Source of the DNA: Escherichia coli
Lineage (GTDB): Bacteria; Pseudomonadota; Gammaproteobacteria; Enterobacterales; Enterobacteriaceae
Strand: one strand, 5' to 3'
DNA: 64,000 nt
Assembly: GCF_024502345.1 (NCBI RefSeq)
Contig: NZ_JALDNN010000003.1
This document shows, piece by piece, positions 1 to 11,100 of the stretch (position 1 is the stretch's first letter; every line of letters begins with the position of its first letter). The notes under the pieces are model-generated. The model did no database searches and was not told the DNA's origin. It worked only from the letters and a program-made list of their open reading frames with translations. The position numbers were made by a program, and so were the translations under genes.

Positions 1-1008
1 ATGAGTGATGAGCAGCATATCGGGAACGACAAATCCCGTTATATTAATGCGCCTAAGCGTACTGAAGTAATCCATCGCTCCGGGCTTCAAGGCCTGAAAG
101 GTCAGCCACGCCTGAAGAAACTTTTTACATTACACAATGGGCGGAAGCTTGAGGCGGAACACATCATTGTTCCGGCGGAAAAGGTGGAACTGGAAACCAC
201 AGTACACCCTCTGAACCCACGAAATCAGGAGGCTCTTTCTGTAAATGCAGTAAGAGATATTCTGAAGGACATTGAAGCAAGAGGTGTTGATACTGAGGGC
301 GTTGCAGTTAAGCGGAACGGAGTGTATCTGCTAATAGAAGGTAGCCGCAGGCGTTTCTGTTGCATTCAATCAGCAAAAGAATTGCCATTATGGGTTTTGC
401 CTGATGATGTTAACGCAGATGATATTAATTCCATCATATCAGCAACACAAACTTCTCGACGCTTTTCATATCGTGAAGTAGGTTTAAAGTATTTAAGGGA
501 AATGGAAGAGCATGGATTTGTTACCAATGAAGAGCTTGCAAACTATCATGGTATCAGTCACGTGTCCGTCTCTAAGCGAGTTCAGGCTGCAAAGATTAAC
601 AGCACTCTTATTGCACTGTTTCCTGACTATGAAGCTATTCCGAATTCTTATTACAATCGCCTATTCCGACTTCAAAAATATATAGAGAAGAATTTATTTT
701 CTCTTGAAGAAGTTGTTGAGAATACACGTGAGGAAATTCGAGATCTGGATATTTCTGATATTGCTGAAGCACAGAAAACCGTAATGGAGAAGATTACAAC
801 GGTAGTTGAAAAACTTGATATTAAACCACCTAGCAAAGGTTGGGATACACGTGAATTGGCAACTTTTACTAATAAAGATAAATATGCAAGAATTAGCAAA
901 AGTTCCTCGGGGCGTAAAATCCGTTTTGAGTTTAATAGAATGAACCGAGAATTAATTGACGAAATTGAGAAGTTTATAAAATCAAAACTGAGCGAAATGA
1001 ATAATTAA
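1..1008 (+). CDS. parB: ParB-like partition protein (type I partition, ParB/Spo0J N-terminal domain)
   Basis: Translation contains the ParB-box-like segment HPLNPRNQ ... LIEGSRRRFC typical of ParB/SopB nuclease-like N-domains. The ORF starts at base 1, so it may be 5'-truncated by the window edge; ParA would lie upstream. Confidence 0.6.
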   Translation: MSDEQHIGNDKSRYINAPKRTEVIHRSGLQGLKGQPRLKKLFTLHNGRKLEAEHIIVPAEKVELETTVHPLNPRNQEALSVNAVRDILKDIEARGVDTEGVAVKRNGVYLLIEGSRRRFCCIQSAKELPLWVLPDDVNADDINSIISATQTSRRFSYREVGLKYLREMEEHGFVTNEELANYHGISHVSVSKRVQAAKINSTLIALFPDYEAIPNSYYNRLFRLQKYIEKNLFSLEEVVENTREEIRDLDISDIAEAQKTVMEKITTVVEKLDIKPPSKGWDTRELATFTNKDKYARISKSSSGRKIRFEFNRMNRELIDEIEKFIKSKLSEMNN

Positions 1009-1019
1009 AATCAAAAAAT

Positions 1020-1041
1020 ATCCGCATCATTAGATGCGGAT
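1020..1041. repeat. Perfect 9-bp inverted repeat (ATCCGCATC-atta-GATGCGGAT) just downstream of parB
   Basis: Read directly from the sequence; could be a terminator stem or a protein-binding palindrome. Confidence 0.4.
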
Positions 1042-1163
1042 GAAATTATTCATGTACGCTTTTATTTAGTCTACGCATTACCAAGTCCTAAAAGAAATCA
1101 ATAGCAAAAAATATCTTAACTATCTGATAATGATGGGTTTTAACATATACGGTATTGTTAAGC

Positions 1164-1184
1164 AGGCCCCAAAGATTGGGGCCT
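1164..1184. repeat. Perfect 9-bp inverted repeat (AGGCCCCAA-aga-TTGGGGCCT) between convergent genes
   Basis: Read directly from the sequence; lies between the parB 3' end and the stop of the minus-strand 130-aa gene; possible bidirectional terminator. Confidence 0.35.
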
Positions 1185-1191
1185 AGAAGTG

Positions 1192-1584
1192 TTATTGAAC
1201 AGGGTGATGGGCCGGTTCAGACAGAAAAGGTCTTAGATCTATATGAACCGCTGCTGCATTACTGTCATTGGTCACGTTTAACGGGGCCTTACCCGGTAAA
1301 GACATAGTGGCAACGTCTGGACCAGAAACAGTAAAATTATTTTCTGCATTTGGCATTACTGTAAAAATTTTAATAGCTACATTCTCATGACGATACATTG
1401 AAATTCCGAAAGTTGATCCAGCTTCAGTATTGCTGACATCAACTTCAACCGGTGTTTTCCCGATCACTTCATTAGTAAGTATATTTTTCACAATTGCACC
1501 TTCTGGGGCAGTGTAAATGCGATAAGGGTAAGCACTTGCAGTCTGGCAGAAAAAAATACACAAAACGGTCAATATATATTTCAT
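1192..1584 (-). CDS. Small exported protein, unknown function
   Basis: N-terminal signal-peptide-like segment MKYILTVLCIFFCQTASA; last gene of a four-gene minus-strand operon with overlapping stop/start codons. Confidence 0.4.
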   Translation of the reverse strand: MKYILTVLCIFFCQTASAYPYRIYTAPEGAIVKNILTNEVIGKTPVEVDVSNTEAGSTFGISMYRHENVAIKIFTVMPNAENNFTVSGPDVATMSLPGKAPLNVTNDSNAAAVHIDLRPFLSEPAHHPVQ

Positions 1585-2102
1585 GATTGCTCCTTTTGCA
1601 AAAATTCTAAATCAAATGATTGAGTGACTACAATTTGTTTGGAATCAAATGAACCTGGGAATTTATATTTAATACTGAACAGTAATGGCAATGTGAGTCC
1701 ATCTCGTGAAGACTGTGAGATGTTCTTAAATGAGTTATTAATAAATGTTAATTGGTCATTGTTATCGTAACAAAGACCAAGTAAACCAACTGTGGGCACC
1801 GTAAAAATTGTAACTGAACTAGGTGATATCAACTGTTTTCCACGTGACGAATAGGTGCAACGACTCCCGCCGAGATTCAGATCAGACAACTCAATAAATT
1901 CTTTGGTCCCATTCTTGGCGAGTAACCAGACATCAGTGCCTGAACTCTCAATCAGAAAAGTAACTTTTCCGTCGGTGTAGGCTTCAGTTCTGTTGCTCAT
2001 TATAGGGTCGAACCCTACCGAAGGGAGGACTGCAATTTTGCTTCCAACCGACTGACATCCAGTCACAAGTAAGGTAAGAATAAATGCTGAAACTCTAATC
2101 AT
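1581..2102 (-). CDS. Putative lipoprotein, unknown function
   Basis: Signal peptide with lipobox-like LLVTGC; start overlaps the stop of the upstream gene (translational coupling). Confidence 0.4.
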   Translation of the reverse strand: MIRVSAFILTLLVTGCQSVGSKIAVLPSVGFDPIMSNRTEAYTDGKVTFLIESSGTDVWLLAKNGTKEFIELSDLNLGGSRCTYSSRGKQLISPSSVTIFTVPTVGLLGLCYDNNDQLTFINNSFKNISQSSRDGLTLPLLFSIKYKFPGSFDSKQIVVTQSFDLEFLQKEQS

Positions 2103-2934
2103 TTTCAGTCCTCATAGTCGTTTTCTGTATGGTACTGATATCGAAGTTTTCTCCTGGGTAAATTTTCAACTCTTTGGTGAAATAATCTGAACCACCGAGG
2201 AGGTTGTTACGCTTTCCAACCCAAACGAACGACGAAAATTTAAAAGTCCTTACTTTTTCTGCCGCTCTGATCTTGTAGGTATGTGAAGGTAATAAAGATG
2301 CACTAGCGTCCTCCGGGATTGCGATAGCGGGTTGAAGTTTTTTGGGGGCATTGATACGTAATGCGATTTCTGGAGAGGGGACATAGTCGATTGACGATTG
2401 TTGTGAATCTGACGGTAGGGGCAGGGTGAATTTTTTACCCTGATCTGGGCCAAAAATGGCAATAACCTCTTTTTTCTGCTTTGTTACGGACACTAACGCC
2501 TGTAACGGGGTACTGGATAGATCATTGACGAATGAAATTGTCATGCTGGAACCAGGTTCTAACCAGAGAATTCGTTTCCCGGATGCATCTTCATCAAGGG
2601 AGATAAATTTTGATATAAACACGCCATTTTTTGCAATGATGGAAAATTCAATTTTGGGTATTACAAGATTTAAAGGAGTTGAAGCAGAGTCGTTTTCAAT
2701 CTGAAGATAGTTACGCTTAGTCATGCTTGTTTTAATTACTGGTCTTTGTCGACCATCAACAAGCCACATTCCGTTGACGTAATTTGCAGCAATAGTAATA
2801 AATTCATAGTTAACCCCAGTTTTGGCATCAGATAGCTGGGACGACGGTATCGGGGTTTTAGTCGATGCATTTGTAATGTTGGATGGACCTAAAAATGCCA
2901 GCAACGGCAAAATTATCAGTTCTAATTTAAGCAT
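2095..2934 (-). CDS. Exported protein, unknown function
   Basis: N-terminal hydrophobic signal MLKLELIILPLLAFLG; tightly coupled to flanking genes. Confidence 0.4.
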   Translation of the reverse strand: MLKLELIILPLLAFLGPSNITNASTKTPIPSSQLSDAKTGVNYEFITIAANYVNGMWLVDGRQRPVIKTSMTKRNYLQIENDSASTPLNLVIPKIEFSIIAKNGVFISKFISLDEDASGKRILWLEPGSSMTISFVNDLSSTPLQALVSVTKQKKEVIAIFGPDQGKKFTLPLPSDSQQSSIDYVPSPEIALRINAPKKLQPAIAIPEDASASLLPSHTYKIRAAEKVRTFKFSSFVWVGKRNNLLGGSDYFTKELKIYPGENFDISTIQKTTMRTEND

Positions 2935-3905
2935 TATAATGTGGCCTCTATATTATTATCATTTGAATCCAGGTTAAGTGGTGCAGTGTTTTGTGTGTAA
3001 ATACCGTTTTTATTCAGGATCATTTGGTGGCAAATCAGGGTCGGTGTAGATGCCAGGATCAACTCGACCAGTGTTATTGCCGGAACTGTAGTAGGCGGAA
3101 TACCTGGTGCCAGTAGTGCTGGGCTACTGATTTCTGACATGTACAGAGAACCTGTATTGATGTGGAGGCAGTTTCCTATGAGTACCGGTAAGTTAGTCAG
3201 CGGTAGCCCATGGGCCTTTCTGATGCTGTTAACTGGATTCCGACCCAACACTACGAGGTTTACATCGCTGACATTCACTGGCCTGACTGCGTGATCCATG
3301 CCGTATAGAAACTGACTCTGAAAAATATTCACATTTGCCTGATTAAAAGCGAGGAGGGCGTTATATGTATTGTTGAAGCCCTGCCGTATGTCTGTGTAAT
3401 CGGATGGGCAAATACCTATAGAAATATTGCCTTTAAAAAGCACCTTCATCACAGTAGCCAGCTGGGTGGAGAGCAGTTTGCAGATTTCCTCTTCAAGATA
3501 GTTGCGGTTAATTTGTTTATGCCATCGCCCGCCTCTTGCACACCACCGTTCATTAAGAAATGTGCTTGGATAATAAGTCCTGCGGTCTTTATTTATGGGT
3601 AAGAGCTTTTTCAGCATCTCTTCTCCGGCCCCGGCAGCTGAGAACACACGAACAGAACGGCCGTCAAAAATCCCTGTGTTGATCGCTGTCATTAACTCCA
3701 TAGGCTCAGGTCCATAATCGAAGAGATTTCCTGTGGAGAAAACGATCAACTCCTCATCAGGTTCTGATATCGAATGGATAAGGTTACATAGCGTCGAATA
3801 ATGACCATGAGGGTCTGCCAGAAAGAAAACCCTTCCTGAAAAATTAGTCAGATCAATTGTCTGGACGTGCTCGGATGCCATAAATGCCTCTTTCTGAAAT
3901 TGCAT
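2934..3905 (-). CDS. Putative metallophosphoesterase-like protein (calcineurin-like fold), first gene of operon
   Basis: Motifs FFLADPHGHY and GNLFDYGPEP resemble the DxHG / GDxxDRG metal-binding motifs of PPP-family phosphoesterases, but they are degenerate. Confidence 0.35.
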   Translation of the reverse strand: MQFQKEAFMASEHVQTIDLTNFSGRVFFLADPHGHYSTLCNLIHSISEPDEELIVFSTGNLFDYGPEPMELMTAINTGIFDGRSVRVFSAAGAGEEMLKKLLPINKDRRTYYPSTFLNERWCARGGRWHKQINRNYLEEEICKLLSTQLATVMKVLFKGNISIGICPSDYTDIRQGFNNTYNALLAFNQANVNIFQSQFLYGMDHAVRPVNVSDVNLVVLGRNPVNSIRKAHGLPLTNLPVLIGNCLHINTGSLYMSEISSPALLAPGIPPTTVPAITLVELILASTPTLICHQMILNKNGIYTQNTAPLNLDSNDNNIEATL

Positions 3906-4254
3906 TAATACTACCGGATGAAAGTCATCAATTTTTTCGATAAGAGGGGTAATTTTTGTGAGTGTCCAAAATGGAGCTAGAAATCATTTTTCGGTTTCCG
4001 AGCCGTATCAACTGTAATGCACCTCAGTTGTTTTATTTTTGGTATAAAAACGCTGAGCAAAATATAGTTTTTGCGTGTGTTGCTCAGGTGTACATGAATC
4101 TAGGGTTGTATCTGGATTAAAACTGAAGGATTCTTTTTTAACAAGGACTTACGTTAGTGTTTTGTCCCGTTTAATGTTGACCTAAAGCAACCATTGGTGT
4201 ATAAATTCCATAACAAAAGTGGTGGGCTAAATAAACCAATACGAGGGTTTCTGC

Positions 4255-5289
4255 ATGACTGAATTAGCAAAAACAAAACTGGCTGTGGCTGAATCAAACT
4301 CTACTGAACTTGAGACACTCAAAGTTGTTATTGATGATGGTAGTAAAGCGGCAAAACTGGTTTGCACTAACAATCAAGGTGACCTTGTACCTTTATTGAC
4401 TCAAAATAGTTTCGTTGCAGATTTCCGGGTAAGCCATGACGGACTTATTCCATTCAATTATCTAATTGATGGTCTTCAACGATTCTCGCACCACAGCGAA
4501 TCAAGCAATGCTTTAGAAACTACCGACGTTGCGCATCAGTACGATGAAATCAGTCGTCTTAATGTTCACCATGCTCTACATTCCTCAGGTCTAATGCCAC
4601 AGGATGTTCATCTCTACGTAACTTTGCCACTCAGTCAGTTTTATACCGCTCTGGGTGAAACCAATAATGAAAACATCCAACGAAAAAAAGACAACCTGAT
4701 GAAGCCGGTGGAGCGTTATATTGATGGTAAACGTGTTTCATTTAATGTTGTTTCAGTTACCGTTTTCCCGGAATCCCTTCCAGCGGTAACGCGTGCTGAT
4801 GAAATCGAATCAATTGAATCTTTTGAATCAAGCCTGGTTATCGATTTAGGTGGGACAACACTTGATGTTGCAAGCATTACAGGTCAGCTGGAACAGATCT
4901 CCAGTGTCAGGGGTTTTGACCGTATTGGTTGCTCAATCGTATATGATGAAATCCGTCGTTATTTGGATTCTGCAAAGCTGAATGCAAGTAACGCCTATAT
5001 TCATCACCTAGTCGATAATCGTGAAAACAAAGCCTCGCTCAAGGTGTCCCCGGAAGATCTTGACGGCGTGTTCAATGCTGTTAATGGGGCTGTGGCGCAA
5101 CTTCAAGAAAAAGTGATTAAAGCAGTCACTCAAGTGGAAGAACGGCCGCATAATGTTTTCCTTGTTGGTGGAGGTTCTTACCTGATTGAACCGGCAGTTC
5201 GTAAACATTTTGACAAATCGAAAATCATCATGGTTGATAATCCGCAATTCGCACTTTCACTGGCTATCGCAGATACTGTTTTTGCATGA
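4255..5289 (+). CDS. parM: ParM/StbA-like actin-type segregation ATPase (type II partition)
   Basis: Actin-fold phosphate motifs LKVVIDDGSKAAKL, LVIDLGGTTLDVA and FLVGGGSYL; length about 344 aa as in ParM. Confidence 0.65.
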   Translation: MTELAKTKLAVAESNSTELETLKVVIDDGSKAAKLVCTNNQGDLVPLLTQNSFVADFRVSHDGLIPFNYLIDGLQRFSHHSESSNALETTDVAHQYDEISRLNVHHALHSSGLMPQDVHLYVTLPLSQFYTALGETNNENIQRKKDNLMKPVERYIDGKRVSFNVVSVTVFPESLPAVTRADEIESIESFESSLVIDLGGTTLDVASITGQLEQISSVRGFDRIGCSIVYDEIRRYLDSAKLNASNAYIHHLVDNRENKASLKVSPEDLDGVFNAVNGAVAQLQEKVIKAVTQVEERPHNVFLVGGGSYLIEPAVRKHFDKSKIIMVDNPQFALSLAIADTVFA

Positions 5290-5316
5290 TGATGGTTTTG
5301 CAAAGGGGAGAGTTTT

Positions 5317-5994
5317 ATGACTAAAAAATCTGAGAAGGAAAACGATCGTATTCAGATTAGTGCGTTTTGGTTATCGGAACGACAATCTCCGTATGCCTAT
5401 AATTTTTTGAAAAAAAATGCCCTAACACATCGTGGCGAGCAGATTTCTCTAATAAGATCTGCAATCACTACGGGGTTAGTGCTAAATAATCTCTTCCCCG
5501 AGTTATCTAGTTTTATTAATGGACTGAATGAGAGATTAACAGCTGCTGATCTAAATCGATTTTTTAATGATGAATTTAATAAAGACAAATTAAACAATGA
5601 AAATTTGAAAGAACAAATAAGCTTTATGCTTGATTCGAAATTCAATGAATTATTTTCAATGATTAATGGCTGTGATTTTTCTAAGGCAACTTTTTCAACT
5701 ACTAGTCAATCTGATGTCAGTGAAACATTAAAGGCAGAGAGGGTAAGGGATCAGCGGCTGGAATTAATACCTAAAGAACTGACTGTAAATCCCAAACCTG
5801 AGACTTTAGAGATTTTAACGCCGATTGAGAGCGCAAAAAAGAATGATTCAGGTTTAAATACTAGTCATGGTTCTGCTGCTGTTAGCGCCTCACAAAGCGA
5901 AAACACGGTGCTGAGTGAACATGCGCAAATCCAAGGTGTGACAAGGAAGCCGAAGAAAAAGGCCAATGCAAACCTCGCAAATCTTGCGAAGTAA
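5317..5994 (+). CDS. Candidate ParR-like adaptor (partner of ParM), unknown otherwise
   Basis: Immediately downstream of parM in the position ParR occupies in parMR loci; low-complexity C-terminus; no motif recognised, so this is a positional inference only. Confidence 0.3.
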   Translation: MTKKSEKENDRIQISAFWLSERQSPYAYNFLKKNALTHRGEQISLIRSAITTGLVLNNLFPELSSFINGLNERLTAADLNRFFNDEFNKDKLNNENLKEQISFMLDSKFNELFSMINGCDFSKATFSTTSQSDVSETLKAERVRDQRLELIPKELTVNPKPETLEILTPIESAKKNDSGLNTSHGSAAVSASQSENTVLSEHAQIQGVTRKPKKKANANLANLAK

Positions 5995-6035
5995 GTATAG
6001 TAATATCAATTGATTAGATTGAGTTATCTATTAAT

Positions 6036-6068
6036 AAAAAGTCAGCTTACCAGCTGGCTTTTTTTTGG
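6036..6068 (+). terminator. Rho-independent terminator after the parM operon
   Basis: Stem AAAGTCAGC / GCTGGCTTT followed by a T8 run. Confidence 0.5.
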
Positions 6069-6559
6069 TATATTATTAACAGGTGAGGGGGAATGGTAAA
6101 CCGGTTTCATGTACTAAATGAATCCCTCGTTGTCACATCTCCAGTTAAGCCAGTTTGAAGAATTATAGAGCCAGTTCTAAGAAATCATTAAAATTCGCGT
6201 GGGTTGATTCAGGTCGAACCAGTTACGATTTTGGATAAATTATTGTTGGTTAGGTAAACCACTAAAAAAAGGTGGTTTAGGCCCCGTTTACTGTTCTTTG
6301 TTTGCACGATGTATGTATAGGTGTTAAAACGGGTACAGATTTTTCCTAAAGTATTGGCTGAGATAGGAAATATCTTAATAAAATTGGTACTTATTTATTA
6401 TTTTATGTAAAAAATCTCTATGCTTTACTGGTTAAGTTAGATTTTTTTGTTACCCTAACCCATAAGACCTTAATGGTTACTACGCTGCAAGCGGGAAGAT
6501 GGTAAGGAACTAGCGGGATCATGTGTAACTATCTGATTATTATAATAAAGGCTGACTGA

Positions 6560-7012
6560 ATGTTATCACGCAACTCACTAATACACGGTTTACGTCGAGA
6601 TCAGTTAATCGAAGTTCTGTCTATTTCTGAATTCCCAGTTGTCCTGGTCGAGAATCCCTTCATTCAGCCTAAATCAACAGGCAAAAAACCAGTCATTTTT
6701 AATATTGATGAATTTCATGTTTCCATTGCCCCAATTTCATCGCTTAAGTACGACTGGGAGTGGGCTCCAATTGATACAATACTCATCGAAGTGGTCATTC
6801 CGCCTGCTGAAGCAGACCTGGTAAGCGCCGAGAATGATTTCCTTCGCGATGCAGGTATTGGCCATATTCAATGCGAGCCTGGAGGCGTTTCGATACGCCG
6901 TACAGTGACATTTGTTGGGGGGATCACCGCCGACAATTTGCTGTATCAACTCAGGCTTATGTGCGTAAGTGCTTTACACTTGATTGGAGAGGAACTGGAG
7001 GATGAAAGTTAA
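6560..7012 (+). CDS. Hypothetical protein
   Basis: 150-aa ORF, first of three co-oriented genes upstream of the large secreted protein; no motif recognised. Confidence 0.3.
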   Translation: MLSRNSLIHGLRRDQLIEVLSISEFPVVLVENPFIQPKSTGKKPVIFNIDEFHVSIAPISSLKYDWEWAPIDTILIEVVIPPAEADLVSAENDFLRDAGIGHIQCEPGGVSIRRTVTFVGGITADNLLYQLRLMCVSALHLIGEELEDES

Positions 7013-7436
7013 TTTTAAAAAGGTAATCCCCCTTTTAATGGTTGGTTTAACAGTGGCGGGGTCTTACTCGATCTTTAACGCAAAACCGTCGAAGCCTGAC
7101 TTGTACGATTTTACTGGCAAAGTTCTTAAAACCACTTCTGTTTTCCAACCTTGTGATAAAGAATCCACACCTTCGTTGAACATCCAGATAGCAGATAACG
7201 GAAGCGTACATATCAATGGCGTTGCATCAAAAGTTACTTTTGTTGAGAGAGTTCCGGGTAATGAAATTGCAGTTAAGTGTACGGGTCTGCAAGTCAAAAA
7301 TTCCCGCCTTGTGCATACGAGCTCTTACACCATGATAATTTCGGAAGGAAAAGGTGGTTTTGTTATTTCGGATTTGACGCACACGAAGGATAATGAAGTT
7401 ATGTCCGGTACATGGTTCTTTAAGAAGAGAGTATGA
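6984..7436 (+). CDS. Exported hypothetical protein
   Basis: Signal-peptide-like N-terminus (VIPLLMVGLTVAGSYSIFNA); contains one copy of the 13-bp palindrome at 7229. Confidence 0.35.
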   Translation: MERNWRMKVNFKKVIPLLMVGLTVAGSYSIFNAKPSKPDLYDFTGKVLKTTSVFQPCDKESTPSLNIQIADNGSVHINGVASKVTFVERVPGNEIAVKCTGLQVKNSRLVHTSSYTMIISEGKGGFVISDLTHTKDNEVMSGTWFFKKRV

Positions 7437-7996
7437 CAATGAGCGATCTGTCAGCAACTGGTGCGAAGCCTCAACGGGTCAGAGTATTCAGCCAATCTGT
7501 CGCGATGGCATTCGAAGTAAATCTCGACAAAAGTCGCTCTGCTGATAATTCGGCGTTTGTAACTGAGACTGAAAAGTATTACCTGTCTCTCCAGTTTGCT
7601 CCTCCGTCTGACAATAGGGAATATGGATGGAATTCAGAGGGCAGCATTCTCATGAAACTATCCCAAAACGAAGCCATGGCGCTGGCATCTGTTTTTCTGA
7701 GAATTAAGCCGACACTAAAATTTGAAAAGCGTAAGACCACGCATCGCACTCACCAAGCCTACAAAAATATCAATATCGGACCCAACGACCGTGGGGGCCT
7801 TTTGGTAAGCGCAAGCATTGTACCGGTTAAAATGGGGACGTTTAAGCCTTTAAATTATAACCTTCCCGTAACACAAATGGATTGCGTTTCAACAGGCTTG
7901 TTCTTGTTGGGGTTCCTGACACTTAAAATGCCTTGGGTATCCTCAGAATCGATAATTACCGCCCTTCGCCTATCTGAGTCTAAGAGCGGTCAGTGA
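7433..7996 (+). CDS. Hypothetical protein
   Basis: 187-aa ORF overlapping the previous stop; hydrophobic C-terminus. Confidence 0.35.
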   Translation: MTMSDLSATGAKPQRVRVFSQSVAMAFEVNLDKSRSADNSAFVTETEKYYLSLQFAPPSDNREYGWNSEGSILMKLSQNEAMALASVFLRIKPTLKFEKRKTTHRTHQAYKNINIGPNDRGGLLVSASIVPVKMGTFKPLNYNLPVTQMDCVSTGLFLLGFLTLKMPWVSSESIITALRLSESKSGQ

Positions 7997-8106
7997 GCTA
8001 AAAAATCTCAATTTCCTGCAAAAATTTAATGTTTTTTTTCCTCTTTACGAACAAGATTTCAGAATTTTTTAACGTAGAGTGATTCTAATTCTGCGTAAAA
8101 AAACAG

Positions 8107-11100
8107 GTGTTCGTCATGAGAAAATCAGGTTTATGTTTAACCCTGTTGTTTTCTTTAATTGCTTCGATTAAATCGGTACAAGCTGAGGCAATTATGATTT
8201 CCGGAAAACTCCAGGCTGATATGCCTGCCGTCACGTTTAATCCCGGCCCGGGCGATTTTGTTGCATTCGTCAACAATAATACAATTACTGCTTCAGGTAC
8301 TGGCAACGCATGCAATGTGACGGTTGATGATCGTGCGACATCAAGCGTAGATAACTTGGTCTGCTTTTTTGAATGGCTTCCAAATACCTCTGGCTTTACA
8401 GCAAACGGATTCAATTTAACAGGGATACCCAATGCGGCAGGAGAACTAAAACTGCCGTATAAAATTTCTTATTTTTCTGGATCAGAAAGGCAGAAAGTAG
8501 AAGTGGTTAATGGGGAGTATACAGTTAATGCTCTTGTACCGGTTAAACCGACGATAACGGGCCTGAAATCGTCTATGAATGGAGTGGTTCAGGATGGTTA
8601 CACTCTTAAATCCTATCTTAAGGATGAAGCAATTAGGAATGTCACTGTCTCCGTAGAGCCTCGCAATTATGTGCAATATATCTCTATCGGGTCTGGATCA
8701 GCTTGCGAAGTCGAAATTGGTGGGAATGGCTGCACGATCGATGTTGGAAGCATCAAAGTAAGTGATTCGGATTTGCTGATGGGTTCACGGGAAATCACGG
8801 TCACTGCCAATTCGAAAAATAATTACTTTGCCCCTCCTGAAGCGCAGAAGCTAACGCTGACCTGGGATTACCGTCCTCCTGTTGTTGACCATACTCTCTG
8901 GAATTTCACGGATGAAGCTAAAACAATAAGTATTGGTGGACAGGAGATCTATACAGGAGCTAGAACGGTGGCCGTAGCCGTCAAAGTGCCTCAGGAAGAA
9001 ACTGAGGGTGAGTGGTGGTTACCAACCGCTATGACGCTAACGATGAATCCTGATGGGGTGTTTAAGCCGACAACAAAAGTTACTTTAGAAGATGGTACGG
9101 TTATCGACTTTAAGCAATCCTGGGCAACACCGCTACGTCGTACTCTTCAGCCCGTGAGCGGGCCACAGAAAGTCGGCGATGAATATCTGTATATCTTTGA
9201 CTTAACAGACTTGACGAATGGTTCTTATGCCGCCTCGTTCACGGTAGAGAACAATAGCAAGAATACCTCTACGTACAATGAGCCTGAAAGCAAACTGATG
9301 CTTTCTGATAACCCAACACTGATGGTGCTTAAGGACGGTGCAGCTCTGGCCAAACGAGCTCCTGTGTATTTCTTAAATGAAATTATTGTTGCCGCATTCC
9401 AGGGCCAGGCCGGAGTCGCGGATATTAAAGCTGTTACGATAGATAACAAACTTGTTGAGCTCACCCCCACGAACCACAAAGGCATTTATTATCTGCCGGT
9501 TGGGGATGATCTAGAAGTGAATGCTGACCATGAAATCACGGTCATAGCTGAAAACCTGTACGGCAAGATTGTGACATTTAATACTACTTTCACGTATCAA
9601 CCAACAGGATTCACGCTTAAAAACTTTGAGAAAGACATCACATTGTACTCACGAGTTCGGCAGTATACCGATCTCATGAGTCAGACGGCCGGTGATAAAT
9701 GCACTCTCTTTACTACAGAAGAGAACGCACTGGCATACCTTGAATGGTATGGTGACAAATCTGATATCACCGCCTGTTACCCTCAGTGGAACAATGTGCC
9801 TGACGGGCTTGAATTTTACTTTAAAGGCCGGACGCCAGGCCTGACAGGGTTCTTCAATAAAACAGGCGATAACCTGCTCGACTATCAGGTCTATATGATA
9901 AACGGCAAGGGCTCTAAAGCTGTATCGTCCAGAAACCGCCATGTGCTGATTACGCAGTTACCTTATAACCCGGTCCTTACCTACAAGAAAAACAAGGTGT
10001 TGACGGGGATTAACGATAACACCGCACTGGCGTATACCACTGGCGGGGAAGCAGCTCGTCTATTGGCAAAAGTGGTTCCTGCTGATGTGACAGTCTATGT
10101 TTCACAAAACGGGGGGGAAAGCGTAAAAACGACGTTTAAGAACCGTTCATCAAATAACGATGCAACGACGTTTGTTCAACGTCTTAAAGTGGCATCAGCC
10201 CCGTTGTGGACGAAGAATGTCTTCGACATAGCTGTCGAGTACTCGAAGGAACCGACTATGCGAACCGTTGATACGCTCAATGTGTATACGGTACCCGACT
10301 TTAACATTAGAGCGGCAATGGAAATTGAGGACAAAAAGACTGCTACCACGATGGAATTGCCATTGAAGGTGTCTGTTGGCCGCTATAACAATTCAACCCG
10401 CAAAAGTTCATTTAGTCGGACAACAATGGGGGACTGGGATGTAACCATTTACGCTCAGAAAAGTGTTTATGGAAAAGATCCAGAAACAGGCCGATATAAA
10501 ACGACGTATGAACGTACACCCCTAACCGAAGCACTGCCCGTGAATGATGCCGGGGTGGTTGAAACCAAGATCAAGATAGAAAATTTGGACCTCGGGAACG
10601 TGCGACTTGTCGGGATTGCTAAAGTACGATCGCCTTTCGCAGATTTCGAACTGACCCGGGAAACCAGTGCAGTTAGCATCCGTGTTTATAAGGGCGAAGA
10701 GCTAGAAGGTAATCTCTCAAAGAGTCTGATTATCGGACGTATCCCGCTCAGTACGCTTGTTAACTTCAAATCGGCCAGTACAGCTAACTCCGATGCGCTG
10801 GCGCCTACCGAGTGGCAGGAGTCTTCTGATAATGGACAGACATGGACTATGCTTCAGGACATGACAGGGAAGCGAAGCATTTCGATCAGGAAAACTGAGG
10901 TTGGTAAATGGCTTTACAGGGCAAAAATGACCAACAAGTTTACGTCGAAAGAGTCTTATAGCGACGTTCTGACGGTTGTAACGTACAAACAGCCTAAGCT
11001 GAGCATCGATGTTGCTGAAATTCTCGAAGGCGATGATTTGCCTGTCACGCTGCTGGATAACGATGAACCAATTCCGCAGGGTACGGCCGAAGTGATGTGG

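Noticed and set aside
672-899. Short antisense ORFs embedded in longer genes (for example 672-899, 2250-2462, 9225-9485, 11193-11606, 13940-14257, 45311-45832)
   Set aside because: They overlap, on the opposite strand or in another frame, longer ORFs with recognisable homology or a consistent operon context; treated as six-frame noise.
6140-6230. Short direct repeats (G/A)CCAGTT downstream of the parM operon as a parC-like centromere
   Set aside because: Only three copies of a 7-mer with irregular spacing; too weak to call as iterons.
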